Shown here piece by piece: positions 8,341-15,940 of a stretch of 64,000 nt of DNA. The position numbers and the translations under genes were made by a program. The notes under the pieces were generated by a model, which did not search any database, was not told where the DNA came from, and was given only the letters and a program-made list of their open reading frames with translations. Positions within the stretch are counted from its first letter, which is position 1. The number at the start of each line of letters is the position of its first letter. The stretch comes from Phycisphaerales bacterium (GTDB lineage Bacteria > Planctomycetota > Phycisphaerae > Phycisphaerales > UBA1924), in contig JBBRQY010000003.1 in assembly GCA_038225655.1 (NCBI GenBank), forward strand, positions 265,323 to 329,322. The letters are read 5' to 3'.

Positions 8341-10143
8341 CTACTTGCCCTCGCCCTCCACCTGCGCCATGCGGGCGATCTCGCCGGGAGTCGTCGTGCC
8401 CTTCAGAATCTTCAACCTGCCGTCCGAAACCAGCGGGCGCATGCCGTTGGCCAGCGCCGCCTTGCGGATATGCTCGATCGGCGCCAGGTCGAACGCCATC
8501 TCGCGGATCTCGGAGTTCATTGACATCATCTCGAAGATCGCCTGCCGACCTCGATACCCCGTCCGCCCGCAGTTGGCGCACTCCTCGCCCCCCGCCTTCA
8601 CGCCCATCGCCTTGAGCACCTTGCCCCGCGACTCTTCCATCGTCATGCCGCAAAGCTGCAGGTACTTCGGGTCAGGCGCATCATCGATCGCCTTGCATTC
8701 TTTGCACAGCACGCGGATCAGCCGCTGCGCCATGATCGCCTGGATCGAGCTCGCCACGAGGAAGGGCTTGATCCCCATGTCGATCAAACGGGTGATCGCG
8801 CTGGGCGCGTCGTTCGTGTGGAGCGTCGAGAAAACCAGGTGCCCCGTCAGCGCGGCCTGAATGGCAATTTCGCCAACCTCACGGTCGCGGATTTCGCCCA
8901 CCAGAATCACATTCGGCGCCTGACGCAGCATCGTGCGAAGAACTATGCTGAACGTCAGGCCAATCTTCTCGTTGATCTGCACCTGGTTGATCCCCTCGAA
9001 GTTGTATTCGATGGGATCCTCGGCCGTAATGATCTTTTTATCCGGCCGATTCAGCACATCCAGCGCGGAATACAGCGTCGTCGTCTTCCCCGAACCGGTC
9101 GGCCCCGTCACCAGGAAAATCCCGTTTGGCCGCCGGATGATCCGGTTGAAGATCGCCAGATTGTCCTCTTCAAAGCCCAGATTCACCAGACCGATCTTCA
9201 CCGAGTCCGGCCGCAAAATACGCAGAACGACGCTCTCGCCGTGATACGCCGGACACGCCGATACGCGGAAGTCCACTTGCGTCTCGTCCACGCCGATCTT
9301 GATGCGTCCGTCCTGCGGCACGCGCTTCTCGGCAATGTTCATCCCCGCCATCAGCTTCATGCGGCTGAGAACGGAGTTCTGCATTCGTTTCGGCAGATTG
9401 TCGCGCTCGATGCATACACCGTCGATCCGGTACCGCAATCGCACGCGATCCGCCATCGGCTCGATATGAATGTCGCTCGCCCGCATCTTGCACGCCTCGA
9501 CCAGCATGCGCGAACACAGCTTCACGATCGGCGCATCATCCGCCGCCTGGTCGATCGACTTGTCCACCGACCGATCCACCGATCGGTCCACCGACCGATC
9601 GATGCTCCGATCGATCGATTCGCTCACCAGCGACTGCCCCGCGCCCACCATCTTGATGTCCGCCGTCAGACTCGCCTGCGGCTTGCCGTTGGCCCCCGCC
9701 GCCGGCTGCCCGTTCAGTCGATTCTCGATGTACCACTTGATCTGGCTCTTCGGCGCAAGCCGCGGCTCCAACTCCGTGTTCAGCCGAAACCGCAGCAGAT
9801 CCTGCGTCTCAATGTCCGTCGGATCGTGGATGACCAGTTGCAGCCGCCCCCCCACCTTCGACAGCGGCAGCACCAGATGCTTCTTGATTAACTCCTCGGG
9901 AATGAGCTTGGCGTCGACCTTTCCGGCCATGCTCGCCGCGGCCAGATCGACGTACTCCATCCCGTGCTGGTGCGCCAGCGCCTTGGCAATCTGATCATCC
10001 TTGGCAAAGCCAAGCTCTACGAGCGTCTCCCCCACCCGCTTCCCGCTCGCCTTGCTCTTACCCAATGCCTCATCAAGCTGCGCTTGCGTCACAAGCCCCC
10101 AGCCGACCAGTACTTCACCGATTTTCTTGCGAGATCGAGCCAT
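8341..10143 (-). CDS. second GspE/PilB-family ATPase with N-terminal GspE_N domain and (S-I/V-D-R) repeat linker
   Basis: Start moved to ATG 10143 (MARSRKKIGEVLVGWGLVTQAQLDEAL). Walker A 'GPTGSGKTTTLYS'. CKEC...CANC zinc motif. Confidence 0.85.
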   Translation of the reverse strand: MARSRKKIGEVLVGWGLVTQAQLDEALGKSKASGKRVGETLVELGFAKDDQIAKALAHQHGMEYVDLAAASMAGKVDAKLIPEELIKKHLVLPLSKVGGRLQLVIHDPTDIETQDLLRFRLNTELEPRLAPKSQIKWYIENRLNGQPAAGANGKPQASLTADIKMVGAGQSLVSESIDRSIDRSVDRSVDRSVDKSIDQAADDAPIVKLCSRMLVEACKMRASDIHIEPMADRVRLRYRIDGVCIERDNLPKRMQNSVLSRMKLMAGMNIAEKRVPQDGRIKIGVDETQVDFRVSACPAYHGESVVLRILRPDSVKIGLVNLGFEEDNLAIFNRIIRRPNGIFLVTGPTGSGKTTTLYSALDVLNRPDKKIITAEDPIEYNFEGINQVQINEKIGLTFSIVLRTMLRQAPNVILVGEIRDREVGEIAIQAALTGHLVFSTLHTNDAPSAITRLIDMGIKPFLVASSIQAIMAQRLIRVLCKECKAIDDAPDPKYLQLCGMTMEESRGKVLKAMGVKAGGEECANCGRTGYRGRQAIFEMMSMNSEIREMAFDLAPIEHIRKAALANGMRPLVSDGRLKILKGTTTPGEIARMAQVEGEGK

Positions 10144-10332
10144 ATTTGTGAGTGCGTTCCAACTGAAGCCGGAGTAAAGCCGGCGGCATCCTACCAAATG
10201 GTCCACACGCCCCCACGGACATGCTGGAACTCGATCCTAGCCCCCCACATTCCTTTCCCCAACCTCCGACCCCCGACCCCTCACTCCCGAGACCATACGA
10301 TCAGGCTTCTTGCACCTCTCGCCCGAAAAACT

Positions 10333-11052
10333 TTGCATCCACCAGAATCCATCTCCCGGCGCGAACCTATCCGACACCTTCTGATCACCGCAGGACCCAC
10401 GCACGAACCCATCGACGCAGTCCGGTTCATTGGGAACCGGTCTTCCGGGCGCCTTGGAGTCGCTTTGGCAGACAAGGCCGCGGCCCGCGACTGGCGGGTA
10501 ACGCTCCTGCTCGGGCCTACGTCCCTGACACCTTCCGATTCGCGGGTACAAGTCCTCCGGTTCCGAACGACAGCCGACCTTGAAGCCCTCCTCCGCGACC
10601 ACTTTCCCTCTGCCGACACCCTCATCATGGCCGCTGCCGTTGCTGATTATCGCCCCAAGCCCCTCCTCAATCGCCCCGACGCCCTCCAAGGCAAACTCAA
10701 ACGATCCGAAGGCGCCCTCACTCTCGAACTCGAACCCACCCCCGATCTCCTGGCCTGCTGCTCCAAGCTCCGCAGACCCGGTCAAACCCTCGTGGGCTTT
10801 GCCCTTGAGCCCCGCGACAGATTGATGGAATCCGCACAATCCAAGATCGTCCGAAAGGGGCTCGACCTCATCGTCGCCAACCCGCTGGAAACGATGGACG
10901 CGCCAACGATCGAGGCCACGCTGCTCGGTCCCTCGGGCATCGTCGCACAAACCGGCGGCTCCATGCCTAAGGACGCTTTCGCGGACTGGCTTCTGGATCG
11001 CATTGAGTCGGTTGGAAACAAAGTCCCCGCCCCGCCCGCTCGCTCTCCATGA
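10333..11052 (+). CDS. coaB: phosphopantothenate-cysteine ligase (CoaB / DFP domain only)
   Basis: 'LLITAGPTHEPIDAVRFIGNRSSGRLGVALA...IMAAAVADYRP' matches the DFP family. The track ORF from 9964 is over-extended. The TTG at 10333 is only the most plausible in-frame start, so the start is uncertain. Confidence 0.65.
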   Translation: MHPPESISRREPIRHLLITAGPTHEPIDAVRFIGNRSSGRLGVALADKAAARDWRVTLLLGPTSLTPSDSRVQVLRFRTTADLEALLRDHFPSADTLIMAAAVADYRPKPLLNRPDALQGKLKRSEGALTLELEPTPDLLACCSKLRRPGQTLVGFALEPRDRLMESAQSKIVRKGLDLIVANPLETMDAPTIEATLLGPSGIVAQTGGSMPKDAFADWLLDRIESVGNKVPAPPARSP

Positions 11053-12725
11053 AGCCACCTCCCAACCAACCCAAACCCGTCTTCATCGCCCGAAACGTCC
11101 GGCTCGTCTTTGAAGACGCCCATATCATCGTCGTGGACAAGCCCGCCGGGCTCGTCTCGGCCGACCCGGCCCGCGCCACCGGCTCCGAAGCCCGCACGGC
11201 CCGCCCGTCGGCACGAGAGGGCGAAACTCTCTTTGACTACGTCAAGTCCCACGTCCGCACCAGCGCGCCGGTCCGCCGCGTCCGGCGGAACGATGACTCC
11301 GGCCGCCGAAACGATCAACCCGGCAAGGCGTTCGTCATTCACCGCCTCGACAAGGAGGCATCCGGCCTGCTCGTCTTCGCCAAATCCCGTGAGGCCTTCG
11401 AGTCCCTCAAGCGTCAGTTCCAGGACAAACAAGCCGACCGCGTCTACTACGCACTCGCCGAGGGCGTCCTCGGCCCCCCCGGTTTCACCGGCACACGCGA
11501 GTCCTTCATCGCCGAAGACCGCGGCGGCACGCCCGCGCGCACCGGCCGCGGCCGCGATGGCGCCAAACAACTCGCCATCACTCACTACCGCGTCCTCGGC
11601 GCGGCCAACAACTTCTCCCTACTTCAGGTCAAACTCGAAACCGGCCGAAAAAACCAGATCCGCATCCACATGCAGGAACTCGGCCACTCTCTCGCGGGCG
11701 ATCGTCGTTTCGGCGCTACCACCGACCCCATCGAGCGTCTGGGCCTCCACGCCGCCGAACTCGGCTTCGCCCACCCCGCCACCGGCGCACACGTCCACTT
11801 CGACTCCACACCCCCGAAGCCGTTCTTCAGCGCCGTCGATATGAAATGGGCCCGCCCTGAGCTCGACATTTCCTCACCGCCCCCCCCCTCCGCCCCGTCC
11901 CCGGCATCCCCAAAACCTCCCGCCCCCAAGCCCCTCGCCGCCGAGACCAAGCCCCCTACCGATACGTCTTGGAACGACGTCGCCAACTGGTACGACACCC
12001 TTCTCGAAGACCGTGGCTCCGACCACTACGAGCAAGTCATCCTCCCCGGCGCGATCGACCTGCTCGCACCCAAGCCCAAGTCCAAAATCCTCGACGTCTG
12101 CTGTGGCCAAGGCATCCTCTGCCGCCGGCTCGCAGCGCTCGGCACATCCGTCACCGGCGTCGACGCCGCCCCCCGGCTGATCGAAGCCGCCCGCACCCGC
12201 TCCTCCGAAATCACCTACCACATCGCCGACGCCCGCGACCTCGGCGCACTCAAGCTCTCCGGCTTTGACAGCGCGTGCTGCATCATGGCCCTCTCCAACT
12301 TCGATCCTCTTGAGCCCGCCCTCGAAGCCATTGCCCATGCTCTTAAGCCCGGCGGCGCCTTCGTCGCGATCATTACACACCCCTGCTTCCGCGTCCCTGG
12401 CGAAAGCCATTGGGGCTGGGACGAAAGGTCCGCCCGCCAGTTCCGGCGCACGGACGCCTACCTCACGCCGTTCAAACGCGACATCCAGATGCACCCCGGC
12501 AAGGCCGCCCGGGGTAAACAAGGTGGCGATGTCTCCACGCCCACCTTCCACCGCCCCATCGGCGAATATGTCAGCGCCTGCTCCGCCGCCGGACTGCTGA
12601 TCACCGACCTGCGCGAGTGGCCCAGCCAGCGTGCCGCATCCTCCGGCCCCCGAGCCCCCGAAGAAAACCGGGCCCGCCTCGAAATCCCGCTCTTCCTCGG
12701 CCTCCGCGCCTTGCGCAGCAAATAG
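11049..12725 (+). CDS. RluA-family pseudouridine synthase fused to a class I SAM-dependent methyltransferase
   Basis: N-terminal half: 'IIVVDKPAGLVS', 'HRLDKEASGLLVFAK', 'GRKNQIRIHM'. Then a Pro-rich linker. C-terminal half: 'ILDVCCGQGILCRRLAALGTSVTGVDAAPRLIE'. ATGA overlap with the coaB stop. Confidence 0.8.
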   Translation: MKPPPNQPKPVFIARNVRLVFEDAHIIVVDKPAGLVSADPARATGSEARTARPSAREGETLFDYVKSHVRTSAPVRRVRRNDDSGRRNDQPGKAFVIHRLDKEASGLLVFAKSREAFESLKRQFQDKQADRVYYALAEGVLGPPGFTGTRESFIAEDRGGTPARTGRGRDGAKQLAITHYRVLGAANNFSLLQVKLETGRKNQIRIHMQELGHSLAGDRRFGATTDPIERLGLHAAELGFAHPATGAHVHFDSTPPKPFFSAVDMKWARPELDISSPPPPSAPSPASPKPPAPKPLAAETKPPTDTSWNDVANWYDTLLEDRGSDHYEQVILPGAIDLLAPKPKSKILDVCCGQGILCRRLAALGTSVTGVDAAPRLIEAARTRSSEITYHIADARDLGALKLSGFDSACCIMALSNFDPLEPALEAIAHALKPGGAFVAIITHPCFRVPGESHWGWDERSARQFRRTDAYLTPFKRDIQMHPGKAARGKQGGDVSTPTFHRPIGEYVSACSAAGLLITDLREWPSQRAASSGPRAPEENRARLEIPLFLGLRALRSK

Positions 12726-12744
12726 CGCAGACCCGGGATGAACG

Positions 12745-12769
12745 AGTCCGCGGGCGAATCCCGCGGACT
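12745..12769. terminator. bidirectional hairpin between convergent genes
   Basis: Perfect 10-bp inverted repeat AGTCCGCGGG / CCCGCGGACT with a 5-nt loop, between the stop codons at 12725 (+) and 12780 (-). Confidence 0.45.
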
Positions 12770-12779
12770 TCACCCGTGC

Positions 12780-14777
12780 TCAATACCCAGCGCAGTTGGC
12801 AAACCAGCACGTCAGGAAATCAAAGATGTCCTGCACCGTCGTCACGCCGTCGCCGTTGAAGTCCCCGTGCAGCGCGAACCAGTCCCCCAGGAAATCAAAG
12901 ATGTCCTGCACCTCCAGGTGCGTGTTGGCGTTCCAGTCGCACCGGCAGATCAGCGGAATCGTGGCATTGTCCATCGCCACCGGCTCGCTCCTGCCCCACA
13001 TCACCCACTGGTCGTAGGCCGTCTGCCCCTGTGTGGTGGTCGTATTCCCATCGCGCAGGAACTCCATGTATTCCTTGCTCGACGTCTGGTAGTACACCGT
13101 CACTTCCGCAGAGCGGGAGCCCGTCGGAATCGCAAACACGGTGTCATCCCAATACTGCCCGTCCGCGTACAGGTTCGCCGGCACGCTCCCGGCCTGCACA
13201 CTTGCGAACCCCGCGTTGGTGAACCCCATCGGCGGAATTCGATTGTCCTTGTAGAACAGGTTGCTGATCGCCAACCGGAACGCAGGCCCGGCAGATACGC
13301 CCAACTGCGCCCCCAGCGCGGCGTCCGGACCGATCGTCGCCTCGTATACCTTCGTGTCCCATTGCGACAGCGTCGCCGTCGCGCCGTCGTACGCCCCGCG
13401 CTGCGCGATCACCCCGCCGCCGGAGTCCTTGAACTTCACATTGATCCACATCCGCCGCCCCTCGTTGTACCCCGTCGGCAGCTTGTGTCCTGAATAGTTC
13501 ACAATCCGTACATTGATCCCGCTGTGTACCTGCGTCACCTGCACATCGCTTGCCTGCTGCAGCATCGTCGTCGCACGTCCGATCGACTCTTCGATCCCGT
13601 CTGGGTCCAAGTCCGTCGTTGTGTTCTGGTACAGGTCGTACACCGAGCGCAGCACCCACGTGTTGGCCCCGTTGAAGTTGTGCTGCGGCAGGCCCGTCCG
13701 CACCGGCGGCTCCAACGCGCACGCCTGCCCCGTCGTCGTCGGCATGTGGCAATCCTGGCAGCTCGAATACGATCCCGCCTGCCCGCCAAACCGTCCGCCC
13801 AGCGAAACCGGCCCGCTCGCGAACATGCTCTGCGACCACTCGCTGAACGTCCGCTGCTCCGGGAACTGGTCGTACTTGCTCGCCGCAGGCGATTGCCCCA
13901 CCGCGTTCAGCGTGTACGCCCCGTTCCCCTGCTTGGTAAAGTGCCCGCTCGAAACATCATGACATGTCGCGCACATCCGCGACGACAGATGAAACGGCGA
14001 CTGCAAGAACTGGTGATACCCCGGCCATCCCATCGTCGGCTGGTTCGCCCAATCCGCCGCCAGATCGAACGGCCCGCGTCGCCGATCCAACGGATCAATC
14101 ACCATCGCCGCGTTGTGCGCCGACGGCGGTACGCCAGTCGTCAGCCCGCTGAGCACCGACATGTCCACCCCCGGGCTCACGCCGGGCTGATAGATCGGGT
14201 CCACCATCCGGTGGCACACGTGGCACGCCACGCCAAGTTTCTGATCATCCGTCAGCGGCAGCAGTTTCCCATAGGTCGGCGACGCCGTGTTGTTGTCAAA
14301 CTTCACTTGGTTCTGCAGCCATGTCATCGGCGCGTGGCACCGCATGCAAGATTCAGCCACGTACGAGGCGTCCTGCTCTGCAATCGCCAGCGCGGCGTAA
14401 AACACCGGGTCCCGTGCGGCCTGCCCCATCATCGAGTGATTCCACTTGTAGTACGGCTCCGCCTCACGCTGGTCGTAGTTCGAGTGGCAGAATCCGCATT
14501 GCGTCGGCTCGATCAGCGGATCCGTGAGCGTGTTCGGCTGCGTCCCCGGAACAAAGAAGTTCTGCTTCACGCTCTGAATCGGAGGCACCGCCATCGCCAC
14601 GCCCACGATCGCGAGCGCAATCCCCCCCACCCATGCCCCCTCGATCCAACCAAAACGGCGGTTCCTTGGTCCGTGACCCACGCTCGCACTCCGTTCTTTT
14701 CCCGTGATCAGCCCACCCCCCCAAATCCACGCGGCGAACGCCGCCCACACAAATGTACCGCCCGATACGTTTCCCAC
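12780..14777 (-). CDS. multiheme (5x CXXCH) c-type cytochrome with C-terminal twin dockerin-like repeats
   Basis: 665 aa. CGFCH, CMRCH, CHVCH, CATCH and CQDCH motifs. N-terminal signal-anchor helix 'GAWVGGIALAIVGVAMAV'. C-terminus '...DFNGDGVTTVQDIFDFLTCWFANCAGY'. The start could be internal. Confidence 0.8.
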   Translation of the reverse strand: MGNVSGGTFVWAAFAAWIWGGGLITGKERSASVGHGPRNRRFGWIEGAWVGGIALAIVGVAMAVPPIQSVKQNFFVPGTQPNTLTDPLIEPTQCGFCHSNYDQREAEPYYKWNHSMMGQAARDPVFYAALAIAEQDASYVAESCMRCHAPMTWLQNQVKFDNNTASPTYGKLLPLTDDQKLGVACHVCHRMVDPIYQPGVSPGVDMSVLSGLTTGVPPSAHNAAMVIDPLDRRRGPFDLAADWANQPTMGWPGYHQFLQSPFHLSSRMCATCHDVSSGHFTKQGNGAYTLNAVGQSPAASKYDQFPEQRTFSEWSQSMFASGPVSLGGRFGGQAGSYSSCQDCHMPTTTGQACALEPPVRTGLPQHNFNGANTWVLRSVYDLYQNTTTDLDPDGIEESIGRATTMLQQASDVQVTQVHSGINVRIVNYSGHKLPTGYNEGRRMWINVKFKDSGGGVIAQRGAYDGATATLSQWDTKVYEATIGPDAALGAQLGVSAGPAFRLAISNLFYKDNRIPPMGFTNAGFASVQAGSVPANLYADGQYWDDTVFAIPTGSRSAEVTVYYQTSSKEYMEFLRDGNTTTTQGQTAYDQWVMWGRSEPVAMDNATIPLICRCDWNANTHLEVQDIFDFLGDWFALHGDFNGDGVTTVQDIFDFLTCWFANCAGY

Positions 14778-14912
14778 CTTCCATCGGATTCAACCGGGGG
14801 GCAGGTTTTGCGGATCGAATCATCCGCCAATCCAGACCCCTTTCCTGTTGAGGTCTACGACGCAATCCCACGCGAGGATCTGGCTTATCGGAGCCACTCT
14901 CATACCCCACCT

Positions 14913-15884
14913 TCACACCGGCCGCAGCATGTCCACCGCAACGCCAGCCGGGCACAACCCCAGGCGCGACCCCTCCTCCAGCAGTCGCTGCACCGCCCGC
15001 TCCCCCACTTCCCCCGCATCCACCGTCAAATCGTTCACATACATCTCGATGTACTTCTCCGCCTGCACCCGCGTGATCTCCGGCGCGAACGTCATGCAGT
15101 ACTCGATCGATCGCTCCCGCTCAGCCAGCGCATACCGAATCGACGCGTCCAGCAGCCGCGCCACCTCACGCGTCGTCCCCGCGCCAGATCGTTCATCGAG
15201 ATCCCGCCGCACCGCATTCCCCCCCAGCGGCAGGGGCAACCCCGTCTTCTGCAACCACCACGCCCCCACATCCGCCACCAGTTCCAAACCCATCTGCGCA
15301 AACGTCAACTGCGATTGATGGATCAGCAGTCCGTGCGTCACTCCATCCTTTCCAATCGTCTCCAGAATCCGGTCGAAGGGCATCTCGACAAACCGCACCC
15401 GATCCCGCGCCTCCCCCAGCATCATCGACAGCAGCAGGAACGCCGTCGTCTCCTTCCCCGGAATCGCGACCACCGAGCCCTCCGGAATCGCCAGTCGCTC
15501 TGCATAGCAGACCGGCGAAGCCACCCGCACCTCGCCGCTCGCCTTCGCCACCACTTTCGGCCCATAGCCAAACCCCATCGACGAACCGAAGCACGTCAGA
15601 CGGTACTTCCCCGCCACCCGCGCGTAGCAGTTCATGGAGATCGCCGTGATGTCCAGGTCTCCCCGCCCGATCGCCCGGCGATTCAGCGCAGCGATGTCCG
15701 CCGCGATCGGCACAAACTCAAACCGCCCGGTTTCCATCTCGGGCTCAGACATCCGCCGCGCCGGCGCACCCTGTTGCGCCTCTTCATGCGTCGGCGGCTC
15801 GATCATTCCCGTGATCGGCCACCACATGAAGACATCGTCCGGGTCGGGCGAGTGGGCGAGCGTTAACGCGAGTTCTTTCGCCAT
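14913..15884 (-). CDS. MqnA/MqnD-family (futalosine-pathway menaquinone biosynthesis / SBP-fold) protein
   Basis: 'LTLAHSPDPDDVFMWWPI' resembles the HSPD-x-DD-x-FMF signature of the VitK2-biosynthesis family. Start placed at ATG 15884. Confidence 0.55.
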   Translation of the reverse strand: MAKELALTLAHSPDPDDVFMWWPITGMIEPPTHEEAQQGAPARRMSEPEMETGRFEFVPIAADIAALNRRAIGRGDLDITAISMNCYARVAGKYRLTCFGSSMGFGYGPKVVAKASGEVRVASPVCYAERLAIPEGSVVAIPGKETTAFLLLSMMLGEARDRVRFVEMPFDRILETIGKDGVTHGLLIHQSQLTFAQMGLELVADVGAWWLQKTGLPLPLGGNAVRRDLDERSGAGTTREVARLLDASIRYALAERERSIEYCMTFAPEITRVQAEKYIEMYVNDLTVDAGEVGERAVQRLLEEGSRLGLCPAGVAVDMLRPV

Positions 15885-15940
15885 TCGTCGTCGCACTCGC
15901 GCAACACTGTGGCCTGTGCCCTGCGCGCTGTGCCCTCCCT

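Noticed and set aside
9964-10332. N-terminal 123 codons of the coaB ORF (9964..11052) and similar over-extensions (15941..17686 purF, 19041.. CAP protein, 31896..32504 RRM protein, 54846..55649)
   Set aside because: The extensions overlap neighbouring genes or intergenic promoters and lack family similarity. Internal starts restore normal protein lengths.
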